Source: a phage | DNA: 64,000 nucleotides | Strand: one strand, 5' to 3' | Sequence record: PX068455.1 | Shown: positions 25,997 through 35,304 of the stretch, piece by piece | Numbering within the stretch: the first letter of the stretch is position 1 | Layout of the letters: each line of letters starts with the position of its first letter | Notes under the pieces: model-generated | Database searches by the model: none | The model's input: only the letters and a program-made list of their open reading frames with translations | What the model was told of the DNA's origin: nothing | Made by a program: the position numbers and the translations under genes

Positions 25997-26750
25997 TAAT
26001 TCTTCTCCTTACTGCAGGCTCGTTTGCTAAGAATACAGCTCTTGCCCAGCCACGTGGTGTAAGGCTTCGAATCATCTTCGTCCTTGCACTCTTTCCACCT
26101 AGCTTAGCGTGTTGCATGGAATAACCACTAACCACATCAACTATTTGCGGGACAGGTTTTGTGGCGGGGATTATAAATCCATTGCCTATCCAACCGCAAG
26201 TTATTTTTGGGTAGGCATCACGTGGAGCTATAAATTCAGGAAACCATGGGTTTACATCATCCTCTGGTAGATACCCACCATAATCCGAAGGATGAAAACG
26301 GTAATCAGGTTTTCGCCACAGTGTTGACATAACTCCTACAGGGTTCTCTACATGCCACGGGCAATCGTAAATCTCTCCCAACTCTTCTGCAACCCGAGCA
26401 TCTTTCACAGCATCAATTTGGATCAGAGGATCCTTAGCCAGCTTTTTCTTAAAGTGTGCAGCTCCGGATACTGCTAAATGCGTGCACGGAGGAAATGCAA
26501 GAATAAAGTCTGGAGCTGGGTACATGCAAAAAGTTTCTTGAGGGAACCACGGGTCAATCCAATAATCCACGTAGTGAATGTTGGAATGATCGGTTATCAC
26601 CTCTGCATAACTGCCATGGTCAGCACCTTCTGCGTTAAAGCACAGGCACAGATATCCAGCTTTTGCCCAGTCAATAACTGCACCACCAGACCCGTCAAAT
26701 AGACTCCACACAACACCTTTGTGGTAGTGTTCTTTGTAGATAAATTTCAA
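25986..26750 (-). CDS. C5-cytosine methyltransferase-like protein, short and divergent (254 aa)
   Basis: Motif I-like LFDGSGG, motif IV-like FPPCTHLAVSGA (PCT not PCQ), motif VI-like HVENPVG; TTG start after SD AGGAGG chosen because the ORF-track GTG lies inside a terminator hairpin. Confidence 0.5.
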   Translation of the reverse strand: MKFIYKEHYHKGVVWSLFDGSGGAVIDWAKAGYLCLCFNAEGADHGSYAEVITDHSNIHYVDYWIDPWFPQETFCMYPAPDFILAFPPCTHLAVSGAAHFKKKLAKDPLIQIDAVKDARVAEELGEIYDCPWHVENPVGVMSTLWRKPDYRFHPSDYGGYLPEDDVNPWFPEFIAPRDAYPKITCGWIGNGFIIPATKPVPQIVDVVSGYSMQHAKLGGKSARTKMIRSLTPRGWARAVFLANEPAVRRRINGQ

Positions 26751-26765
26751 TTTGCTGCCTCCTAA

Positions 26766-26795
26766 TGCAAAAAGCCCCACCCTTTCGGGCAGGGC
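26766..26795 (-). terminator. Rho-independent terminator with GAAA tetraloop
   Basis: GCCCTGCCC-GAAA-GGGTGGGGC followed by TTTTTG on minus strand; twin of element at 16615. Confidence 0.55.
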
Positions 26796-26801
26796 CTAGT
26801 G

Positions 26802-27284
26802 TTAAACCCGGATACCTATTGTATACTCGGTGGATACCAATGTCAAATCTAAATTTAAAATTTCTTGCATCTCATAGTATGCATCCAGAGTGAGATACAT
26901 TTCCCCATCCTCTTCTACATACTTGTCGAGATGTTTGAGGCACTTTGGATAACTATCAAGGGCAGCTTTTAAGCACTCAAACTCCGTGCTGTTGATGAAT
27001 CCTTCCATCTTGGCTACCCGTTCTGGAGTAACAATAGCACTGTAGTGAGATTTAGCTTCCTGAATGCAATGGGTCCAAGCATCAACTTTCTCTTCAAAAA
27101 GCCCGAAGAATTTCTTTTTGGTAAGTTTCAGATTTTTTAAGTGCTTAAGCACTCGGTTGCCGATTACAGCCACATCACGAAACTTAAAGATAACTTTGTC
27201 GATATCCTCGCGGCCTATTTTCACAAAGCAGGCCTTGCACATCTCGGGAGCAGCGTAGCCTACCTTCCACATAAAATCTGACAT
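26802..27284 (-). CDS. hypothetical protein (160 aa)
   Basis: ORF track. Confidence 0.5.
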   Translation of the reverse strand: MSDFMWKVGYAAPEMCKACFVKIGREDIDKVIFKFRDVAVIGNRVLKHLKNLKLTKKKFFGLFEEKVDAWTHCIQEAKSHYSAIVTPERVAKMEGFINSTEFECLKAALDSYPKCLKHLDKYVEEDGEMYLTLDAYYEMQEILNLDLTLVSTEYTIGIRV

Positions 27285-27296
27285 AACACTCCCTCC

Positions 27297-27695
27297 TTAT
27301 TCTTGAAAAGCAACGATATCGTATGAGCTTGCAGACGAGCCGGGTGAAGAGTGGCTCCAGTCTAGATCATCAGAATAGTCAGCATACTGTGCACCACTCC
27401 GCAGTTTATATTTTACCCACTTACCTGGTGCAGGGTTTTCACCACCTTCCCATACTTCCCAACCTTCTGGCAATCCGTCGTCCTGAGAGTTGTCGTCCAC
27501 CTCACTAATAATCTTAGGGTTTGGAACCAAGATCCATGCAGGCTCTTCCTTCTTAGCAAGTGTCCACACAATGTATGTGTCTGAGCAGGAGCATGTCAGT
27601 AAAGTATACCCACTGTTCAGAGCTTCTGCAAGCTCTTTTTCAGCATCTTCTAATTTGGTTAGGTGGTATTGGATAATCTTCACATCTGTAATCAT
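27297..27695 (-). CDS. hypothetical protein (132 aa)
   Basis: ORF track. Confidence 0.5.
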   Translation of the reverse strand: MITDVKIIQYHLTKLEDAEKELAEALNSGYTLLTCSCSDTYIVWTLAKKEEPAWILVPNPKIISEVDDNSQDDGLPEGWEVWEGGENPAPGKWVKYKLRSGAQYADYSDDLDWSHSSPGSSASSYDIVAFQE

Positions 27696-28000
27696 CAGAA
27701 ACCTCCTGTCTCTTCAGCAAATGCAGCCGCTGTTGTTGCTGCATCCAGATAGGACTCTAGTTCACGTGCTGCCCGTTTGTAAATCGAGTGGCGCATATCG
27801 TTCGGCAGTTGGTGAAAATCCACCTCTTCTCCGTTGTGGTAAACATGCACATCAGTAATCTGTCTAAATCCATAATAATCAACATCAGAATCACGGCACT
27901 CTGGATCTGGCAACTGGACAACTGCCTGAGCCTCTACAGTGAGCATATTGTCAAGTTCGAAATCGATTTCAAAAGTATATGGTTTATAACGCTTCATCAT
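27695..28000 (-). CDS. hypothetical protein (101 aa)
   Basis: ORF track. Confidence 0.5.
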   Translation of the reverse strand: MMKRYKPYTFEIDFELDNMLTVEAQAVVQLPDPECRDSDVDYYGFRQITDVHVYHNGEEVDFHQLPNDMRHSIYKRAARELESYLDAATTAAAFAEETGGF

Positions 28001-28056
28001 TCGGTGTTCTCCTTGTCTTGTGTGAAGAGTAGACCTCTCCTTCGATATTTTAAATA

Positions 28057-29400
28057 TTACTCTAAATCTTCTTCTGAGTCAAGCCTATCTTTCACAACTA
28101 AGTTCTGGGCAAGTTTGTAATAACGAAAGCCCCCACCACCTTGCCAGTTTACAGATTTAGAAATACCACTTTGATCTTCACCATCGATCACTTTTTGCAA
28201 GCGTGGAATAATATGGGTATGACAATGATCTCCTAGCTCAACCGAGATCCAACGTCTTTTCATCTTGTGAGCTACAGCAGCAGTAGTTCCCGAACCGCCG
28301 AATGAATCCAATACTAAATCTCCTTCTCGCGTACACATTTCTAAAATCCGCTTCAAAAGCGCTTCAGGTTTTTTTCCATTTTTGAAACTAACGCCCCCTT
28401 CATTTGCTATTCCATTCCAACTAATGTCAGTCCAAACATCAGTTATTAGTTCAGCAGGCTGCATCTCACCGTCAATTTCCAAAAGCCTATTGGAATAAAA
28501 GACCATTTGCCTACCATTTGCGATATAAAAGCCTTCGACATCCTCATTTGGATGTACATAAACCTTATCCCTATCTTTCTTTGACTTCTCGATAGTTTCT
28601 TTTCTCTTTATTTTGGCACCACCGCCAATTGCAACGGATTGAAATACACGTTCTGCATTATCAATTGCAAATTGTGCTAATTCATAATCAAATGTATCAG
28701 GCAGTTTTTTCTTGGCTTCTTTTGTATCTTTATAGCCATTGGCCTTTGCAAACGCATCGGCAATACCGCACCACGTCCAACTTTTATAATGGTCATCTGG
28801 GTTTAATAGATATTTGTTATATCCCGTATCATACTCTTTAGGTATATAGATTTTGTTAAGTGGTTTCTTGGTACGATCTTTTGCATATACAAGCAAAAAG
28901 TTTGCTGTGGAGAAAACTGTAGTTCCTGTTGCTTTAAAGCCTGAAGGGCAATTTGTAGTCATCGATATGGTATTTAACTGATTTGCACGACCAAAAATCT
29001 CGTCCATCAAGACTTTTAAATAAGCCATTTCGCAGTCATCTAAGTGAACGAATATCACTCCATCATCGCTTAGCAGATTACGAATTATTTCTAATCTGTC
29101 CCGCATTAAGCCCAGCCAAATGGAGTGCTCCAGGCTATCATCGTAGTGCTCAAAATCCCTTCCGGTATTGAATGGCGGGTCTATGTAAACACACTTCACT
29201 TTGCCTGCATACTCTTGCTCTAGTGCCTTCAATGCCAGTAAGTTATCTCCAAAAATCAGTTTATTATCAAAAATATCGTTTTCGGTCACCTTTTTACTGG
29301 CGTGATAAGACTTGCTCGAATCTTCTAACAAAATGTGAGGCTCTAGCTTTTTGCGCTCGTTCTTACCTATCCAGGTAAGTTCTAATTTGGTTTTACTCAT
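28057..29400 (-). CDS. DNA methyltransferase, N6-adenine/N4-cytosine class (beta motif order; 447 aa)
   Basis: Catalytic motif DPPF (IDPPFNTGRDF) near N-terminus; SAM motif FGGSGTT near C-terminus. Confidence 0.8.
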   Translation of the reverse strand: MSKTKLELTWIGKNERKKLEPHILLEDSSKSYHASKKVTENDIFDNKLIFGDNLLALKALEQEYAGKVKCVYIDPPFNTGRDFEHYDDSLEHSIWLGLMRDRLEIIRNLLSDDGVIFVHLDDCEMAYLKVLMDEIFGRANQLNTISMTTNCPSGFKATGTTVFSTANFLLVYAKDRTKKPLNKIYIPKEYDTGYNKYLLNPDDHYKSWTWCGIADAFAKANGYKDTKEAKKKLPDTFDYELAQFAIDNAERVFQSVAIGGGAKIKRKETIEKSKKDRDKVYVHPNEDVEGFYIANGRQMVFYSNRLLEIDGEMQPAELITDVWTDISWNGIANEGGVSFKNGKKPEALLKRILEMCTREGDLVLDSFGGSGTTAAVAHKMKRRWISVELGDHCHTHIIPRLQKVIDGEDQSGISKSVNWQGGGGFRYYKLAQNLVVKDRLDSEEDLE

Positions 29401-29461
29401 CGTTTGGTGCTCTCCTTAATTTTTGTGGGGAGGAGTGCCTCCCCTTTATACTCACATCTTA

Positions 29462-29803
29462 CTACTCAAGGTCTTCAGAGTCAAGCTCAAAAAGAATCAA
29501 ACTGTGCATGCCTGCAGAGAGATCAACACACCCTGCAACAATAAGGGTTTGATAGTAAGGTTCAGCACCCTCAATATCTTCGTTAAAATCCACAACAAGG
29601 TAGTCACCTTTGTTAAAGGTGTATTTGTCCGATGTAAACGCAAAACCTGCCCAGTCACCTACTGCAGGATCTTTATCAGTCACCTTTGTTAGCAGTAGAT
29701 CTTTTTCACGAGATCTTTTAGTAAAATCGTGAATCACAACATCCTTCTCTTCAGGAGTCGGATTGCCACACACGTAGTTAACGATATTTCTCCACAAACT
29801 CAT
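29462..29803 (-). CDS. hypothetical protein (113 aa)
   Basis: ORF track; coupled to helicase gene. Confidence 0.5.
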   Translation of the reverse strand: MSLWRNIVNYVCGNPTPEEKDVVIHDFTKRSREKDLLLTKVTDKDPAVGDWAGFAFTSDKYTFNKGDYLVVDFNEDIEGAEPYYQTLIVAGCVDLSAGMHSLILFELDSEDLE

Positions 29804-31170
29804 ACGTCCCCCTTTTCTGCTCTAGTTTCAAAATCTTTCCTGACTTTCTCGTCTAAGCCAGGAAAAGTTGTATTATAAAACTCTACGACTCTCGGGTCAA
29901 CAATAATATCCACCTCTCTTAATGGACGCAACAAGTTTATTCCTTGTATCGTCTTAACCCGACTCAAGGCAACATACGTCATTCCGGGAGAGAAAGCTCC
30001 GTTCTTTCCGAGGTCCAGGTTGTAACAATCTAGCGTAAGTCCTTGACTTTTATGTGATGTTACTGCGTACCCTGATTTCAAAGGGAGTTGCTCATAAGAC
30101 CCGATCACAACCCTCTCTATGAACTTCTCCATCTTCCTTTCGGCAATATTGTACCTCTGGGAAGGTTTGTACTCGTTATTCTCCCACAATCTCGGCTCAA
30201 TTTCAACCTGTGCCCCGTCTTCCAGCTCAACTACTACAGATTTGGTCTTGAATTTTACCACTGTGGCGCGTGTCCCGTTGACATAGTACGGAACTTTGTG
30301 GGTAGGGTCAACATCGTTTGAGGTTATCATAACCTTCATCCCTATCTTCAGCCTCATTTCCTGCTCCACAGGCAGTGTGGAAGGGAACTTACCTTTCATT
30401 TTACCAATGTAGGTCTTCTCTGGGGCCTTGATGGCATCATAGAAACGTCTGTTCACCTCCTCTGCTTGCTTATTGGTGGCACAGATGGTCAAGGCATCTG
30501 TTGGGACACCACCATGATAGCAACGAGTGTTAAGCTCTGCTACAACCTCTTTTATGCGACGACCTTCACGAACACAGTTCAACATTGTGGCGAAGCGAAC
30601 AGATTCCTGACGGAACTGGTCTACTAAGGCTATATTGTGAAGATTAAGATCCTCCCAAGATTTTGTATAGCAACACAGATCTGTGTGGTAGAAGTTGAAG
30701 TAGGCCTCCTTCTCCATAGAAGAGACAACTGGAGGTGCTTGGTAGAAGTCTCCAAACAATAACACCTGAATGCCTCCGAAAGGCTTGTCATTTTTCCGAA
30801 GAAAGCGGAGTTTTCTATCCATCTCTATGAACTTGTCAGCACGGATCATGGAGATTTCATCGATAATTAGGATGGTAAATGCCTTGCTTTTCAGAGGCTT
30901 TGCTGTTTTTGCCCTTATTGCTGTCCAGTCTGACTCCATGCTCACACCTGCGGCAAGATCGAAAGTTCGGTGAGCTGTTGCTCCATTAACGTTTAAAGCG
31001 GCTACCCCTGTCGGGGCAACCGTTATGCAAGAGTCTCCATACATGGACTGGATTATGTTGATAAGATATGTCTTCCCTGTTCCACCAGGTCCACTTACGA
31101 AGACATTCTCACCGCTCATGATTGCAACAAGGGCAGCATCTGTGCCTACATCGTACTGCCCTTTTTCCAT
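29800..31170 (-). CDS. SF1 DNA helicase, Dda/PIF1/RecD-like (456 aa)
   Basis: Walker A GPGGTGKTY; Walker B ILIIDEISM. Confidence 0.75.
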   Translation of the reverse strand: MEKGQYDVGTDAALVAIMSGENVFVSGPGGTGKTYLINIIQSMYGDSCITVAPTGVAALNVNGATAHRTFDLAAGVSMESDWTAIRAKTAKPLKSKAFTILIIDEISMIRADKFIEMDRKLRFLRKNDKPFGGIQVLLFGDFYQAPPVVSSMEKEAYFNFYHTDLCCYTKSWEDLNLHNIALVDQFRQESVRFATMLNCVREGRRIKEVVAELNTRCYHGGVPTDALTICATNKQAEEVNRRFYDAIKAPEKTYIGKMKGKFPSTLPVEQEMRLKIGMKVMITSNDVDPTHKVPYYVNGTRATVVKFKTKSVVVELEDGAQVEIEPRLWENNEYKPSQRYNIAERKMEKFIERVVIGSYEQLPLKSGYAVTSHKSQGLTLDCYNLDLGKNGAFSPGMTYVALSRVKTIQGINLLRPLREVDIIVDPRVVEFYNTTFPGLDEKVRKDFETRAEKGDV

Positions 31171-32375
31171 TACGCCTCCTCGTAGATAATGTCGATAGTG
31201 TTACCGTCGCGGTCAACCACGTACTCAATTGGGTCGCCATCTTTGCGTGATTCTGGAGCTACTACGATTTCGTAGCGGCATGCACGGCACTTGGCACTGT
31301 TGTGTTGGTAAGGCACACTAACTACATCAGCAGGGTCAACCATAACCGTCATCACAGTTCCATAGCTCTTTGCATACTCTTTGCTGGCACAGTGCAGGCC
31401 ATAAGAGCATGCAGCTTCCGGATCATCCTCTACAAAGTTACGGGGCATGGATACAAAAGCCCCCTGGTATTGTGGGACTTTACCACTGTGCCAATCCACC
31501 CACTTGTCGCCGTTAAACTGAACCCCTTTGTAGCAAATGATTCGACCATCTTCTGCAATCTGAATGTCGTTTGCCTGCATAAAATCGTAGAGCATGTTTA
31601 CAGATTTTGCAGAAGGATTGCGTAGCAGGCGAACGAGGAATTTCACATAGCGGTCATCCAGTGTTCCGTCTGCATAATCTTTCTCAATTTTCTTTGCAAT
31701 GGTGGATCGCATCTCTACACCGTAGTAGTAGAGCTTACCATCTTTCATGATCAGGTTGTCTGCAAGTGTGGTGAACTCATTCTTGCGTTCCAGCCAGACA
31801 AGGATTTCACCAATTGCCTCGTCATATTCCTGAACAGAGATATGTTCGAAGACTTTCTGGTAAACTTCCTCGCTTTCACTGCGGCGAATTTCAAAAATAC
31901 CTTCGTTGCAGGTGATCTGGAGGAGTTCCCCGCAAATAACCACCAAAGGCTCGATGCTTCGGGTCTGTTGCTGAGACACACTGCTCACCACCTCCAGCAC
32001 CGGGTCTTTGACTTCTACTAAAGGTTCTTCTGACTTGATTGCTACCCCAGTGAACCCTACACCGTGAACAACACACAGCGGATATACCACGCCCCAACGT
32101 TTAACGGAACCTTCTCCTAAATCTAAGATCATGGCGTACTTACCGTTATCTTCCAGCCCATATCGAAATAAACGGGCCTCTTCACGGGTTTCAAAATCCT
32201 CACGGGTGTAGCAGACGCTGTCACGGTCAGGATCGAACAACTCTGGGGCACCTACTGCCAGTGTCCAGGTTGTGTTACCTTTCTCAATAGCGCATGTGAA
32301 ACCCTTCTTCTCAAGCTCTGCACGGCGGTCACGTGCTTCTTTACGAGTTTTGAAATGTTCGTAGATGAAAATCAT
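31170..32375 (-). CDS. rIIB-like protein (401 aa; tentative)
   Basis: Directly downstream of the rIIA-like GHKL gene; ATG with SD AAGGAGA; no catalytic motif; named from gene order and size only. Confidence 0.4.
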   Translation of the reverse strand: MIFIYEHFKTRKEARDRRAELEKKGFTCAIEKGNTTWTLAVGAPELFDPDRDSVCYTREDFETREEARLFRYGLEDNGKYAMILDLGEGSVKRWGVVYPLCVVHGVGFTGVAIKSEEPLVEVKDPVLEVVSSVSQQQTRSIEPLVVICGELLQITCNEGIFEIRRSESEEVYQKVFEHISVQEYDEAIGEILVWLERKNEFTTLADNLIMKDGKLYYYGVEMRSTIAKKIEKDYADGTLDDRYVKFLVRLLRNPSAKSVNMLYDFMQANDIQIAEDGRIICYKGVQFNGDKWVDWHSGKVPQYQGAFVSMPRNFVEDDPEAACSYGLHCASKEYAKSYGTVMTVMVDPADVVSVPYQHNSAKCRACRYEIVVAPESRKDGDPIEYVVDRDGNTIDIIYEEA

Positions 32376-32385
32376 CTTGGTCTCC

Positions 32386-34368
32386 TTATTTGATGTTATT
32401 CTTTGTATCAATCAGTTCACGGTATTCAATCATAGCAGGAGTGTCCCAATATTTCAAGCCTACATGCTTCAAAAGTGGATATTTCTTTTCCAATCTTGCA
32501 ATATAGGCCTTCCCGCACTTAACCCGGTTGGCGATTAAGATTTTGGCACGATGATTTAGCTCACCGTACTTCCACGTGGTGCTACCTTCCCACTTGTGAA
32601 AATGTGGCCGATAACTTCCAAAATCCTGCATGGGGATAATTTTACCTAACTGTCTGTACAGGCTGTCATATGAAGTTTCATTTGCTGCGCGAGTTAGTAA
32701 GAATTTCCAAGCATCCTCTTTCAACAAATGTTCCACATTCTTCTCTGTAACATATTGGCAATCAGGATCAGTCCAAAGCAGACGAGATTCCGACACCAGG
32801 TACAGATCTTCCCCTTCAGGAATCTGGAGTGCCGCACGCACACGGTCATAATCTTGCTGGTAGATGTTGCTCATCTGCCCTAGCCAACAACTTCCGCGTT
32901 GGATATCCCCCTCATACGGTATGCAGTGCTTAATCTTCCTGAACTCTGCCTTAGTAATACGCTCACGCCGGAAGTAACCATCCTTCTCAAGTTTTTTAAC
33001 CCAATAGCCTGGTTCGTAACGGGTTTTGGTTTCACCTTTCTTCGTAGGTCGGCGTGGAAGCTCCGATAACAATTTGACCGTATCTGCAAAAAACGGATGG
33101 TGTGCCGCCTCTTTAAACTCTTTCACCAGATCCGTGTTACGGCAATAGAAAACGTTGCGTCCGGTAATCTCGCTTAAGTAGTTACACTTATTCCGGTTAT
33201 ATTTGCCGTCTCCGTCGTTAAATACTAAATAAACTCCCCGTAAGAATTCTACCTTTCCGTAGCAGGCGTAACCTATGCGGCCTTTATTTAAGCCGCCAGC
33301 GAAGATCTCGCAGTCCCCCAAATTTCCTAGCCCTGTTTCTTCCCAGCGGTCATACATAAAATTCTTACCGAAGATGTGCCCGAACACTCCACTGTTCTTC
33401 ATCATCTCGCGTGCTTCTGAGGATGTTTTTGCTGTCTCCAGTTCTGCAACAACTTCTGCTCCACGAAGGCGAATGCCTTCTTTGACAAAAGCTTCCAAAC
33501 GCTCTTGGAATCCACCATCGTCGTGACCTTCTATGGTCCATTCACGCCCTGGGTTAATATTGCAATCTCCGATAGGGATCTCTACACAAATTGCAGGATA
33601 ATCTATTAGTGTCTCCAGGAACTTAGAACGGTAAGGTTGGTGACCCATTACCACACGACTCTCGTCAGAGCTGGTATAACCCTTCAGGATGGTCATTTTC
33701 CAACCATCCTTCTCGTAGTGATACTGCGCCTCAACCTTGTCACCTTCCAGCATCTTACTGGTCATAGGGTCGGTAACGGTAAACGGAAACTTTGCATAGC
33801 GTAGGCATGACGCAATAGCAGTGCGATATTTCAGGACATGCTCTTTCTTAACATGGAACTGAACTTTTACCCCGTTGTGCTCTTCAGTCTTCCGCTCGCG
33901 GATCTTGGTAACGTTTGGGATACCCTGATCCAAGAACAATAGATATGTGCTTTCAACACCATTGTGCACACTGATAACATCGAAAGTGTCCACCATGCTG
34001 AACGGAGCCTTTGAACCAACACCTTTATTACCTACCAGAGCGTTGCTGTTGCGCTTGGTTGACTCCCCGAGGTTCATGAAAGTGTTGCGGACCATCTCTT
34101 CTGACATGCCCAATCCAACGTCCTGCACAAAGAAGTATGGTTCAAGGTCTGTAGGGGAGTGAATGATGATCGGTACATCACCCCGTCCAGACTCAACATG
34201 AGAGTCCACAGCATTGAAGATTGGTTCACGGCAGCTTGCCAGCACCTTATCTTCGTAAATCCCTTTAATGATTAGCCCAAAAGTCTCTTTGTTCAGAGAA
34301 ATTGAGCCCCTGGTGACCTCCATATTTCCGGTTAGTACTGCTTTAGTTTCATTACTGTTTACAATCAT
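32386..34368 (-). CDS. rIIA: GHKL-family ATPase, rIIA-like (660 aa)
   Basis: Bergerat-fold motifs EPIFNAVD (N box), DVGLGM (G1), GNKGVGSKAPFS (G2); no TOPRIM seen; recalled rIIA similarity. Confidence 0.55.
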   Translation of the reverse strand: MIVNSNETKAVLTGNMEVTRGSISLNKETFGLIIKGIYEDKVLASCREPIFNAVDSHVESGRGDVPIIIHSPTDLEPYFFVQDVGLGMSEEMVRNTFMNLGESTKRNSNALVGNKGVGSKAPFSMVDTFDVISVHNGVESTYLLFLDQGIPNVTKIRERKTEEHNGVKVQFHVKKEHVLKYRTAIASCLRYAKFPFTVTDPMTSKMLEGDKVEAQYHYEKDGWKMTILKGYTSSDESRVVMGHQPYRSKFLETLIDYPAICVEIPIGDCNINPGREWTIEGHDDGGFQERLEAFVKEGIRLRGAEVVAELETAKTSSEAREMMKNSGVFGHIFGKNFMYDRWEETGLGNLGDCEIFAGGLNKGRIGYACYGKVEFLRGVYLVFNDGDGKYNRNKCNYLSEITGRNVFYCRNTDLVKEFKEAAHHPFFADTVKLLSELPRRPTKKGETKTRYEPGYWVKKLEKDGYFRRERITKAEFRKIKHCIPYEGDIQRGSCWLGQMSNIYQQDYDRVRAALQIPEGEDLYLVSESRLLWTDPDCQYVTEKNVEHLLKEDAWKFLLTRAANETSYDSLYRQLGKIIPMQDFGSYRPHFHKWEGSTTWKYGELNHRAKILIANRVKCGKAYIARLEKKYPLLKHVGLKYWDTPAMIEYRELIDTKNNIK

Positions 34369-34865
34369 TTATTGCGCTCCTTGTAGTAGATATGACTCCC
34401 GAACTGAGCTGTCCTCTGCATCTTTTTTGCCCATTTCGGTCGTACTTTGGTTGTATGGTAGTGTGTTGCTCCACCTGTTATGTCCATAGCCATGTATGCA
34501 ACATGGTTGTTATTATAGACCTTTAGAAGCATCTTTGCAAGACTTTTAGCGTGATCCCATGAATCTTTTTCTGTCACCTTAAAAGTTTTGCCGTGGTTTG
34601 TCCACGAAAACTGGTTAGGTTGGTAGACAATCTTTCTTATGGTGTCTGGGTATTTGGGGTGAGATTTCCTGTTTAGGGTGGCAAACCCAGATGCCAGCAT
34701 ACCCATCGTGCCATCCCCTCTAGCTTCCCTGTAGATATTGCATGCTAGAATGTTTTCCTTAGTATCTGATGGCTTGCAAGTATGGTATACTTTTTGTTTT
34801 GGTGCTGCAACAACAGGCAGCGATAAAAATGCGCTCAAAATAATAGCAAAGATCTTAATTTTCAC
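34365..34865 (-). CDS. secreted cell-wall hydrolase, SleB/Hydrolase_2-like (166 aa)
   Basis: Signal peptide MKIKIFAIILSAFLSLPVVAAP; NIYREARGDG..ATLNRKSHPKYPDTIRKIVYQPNQFSW matches SleB-family pattern. Confidence 0.6.
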   Translation of the reverse strand: MKIKIFAIILSAFLSLPVVAAPKQKVYHTCKPSDTKENILACNIYREARGDGTMGMLASGFATLNRKSHPKYPDTIRKIVYQPNQFSWTNHGKTFKVTEKDSWDHAKSLAKMLLKVYNNNHVAYMAMDITGGATHYHTTKVRPKWAKKMQRTAQFGSHIYYKERNK

Positions 34866-34914
34866 AATAACTCCAAATAGAAAATCCCCGCCGAAGCGGG
34901 GGAGGTCTTAGAAA

Positions 34915-35295
34915 TTAATCGTAGTGTGCCAAAATCTCTCCATCGTTGCAAGTTCCCTCTACAAAGTTATGAAGATTCATGCACTCATCTTGATAGAAGA
35001 ATTTACCGCTTTTCAGCCGTAAGCCAAACAACTCCGCATCTCCACGATGGCAAGCCTCTACAAGTTCATAGATTTCATACGGCAACTCTCCGTCGTCATG
35101 GAAGAACCCAGCCTTATCGTTGACATAGATGAAGAAATAATCACTGCTGTCGCAAGCGTCCAATATTTTAAACCAGATTTCATCTACATCTTTTTCTCGG
35201 ATATCGATCACGCAAGTGGAGCTGCATTCGTACTCCTTCTCCGGCTCCTCGGTCAATACCACCAGGTAGTTTCCCCGCTTACCTACTTTAGCCAT
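34915..35295 (-). CDS. hypothetical protein (126 aa)
   Basis: ORF track. Confidence 0.5.
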   Translation of the reverse strand: MAKVGKRGNYLVVLTEEPEKEYECSSTCVIDIREKDVDEIWFKILDACDSSDYFFIYVNDKAGFFHDDGELPYEIYELVEACHRGDAELFGLRLKSGKFFYQDECMNLHNFVEGTCNDGEILAHYD

Positions 35296-35304
35296 ACAAC
35301 CTCC

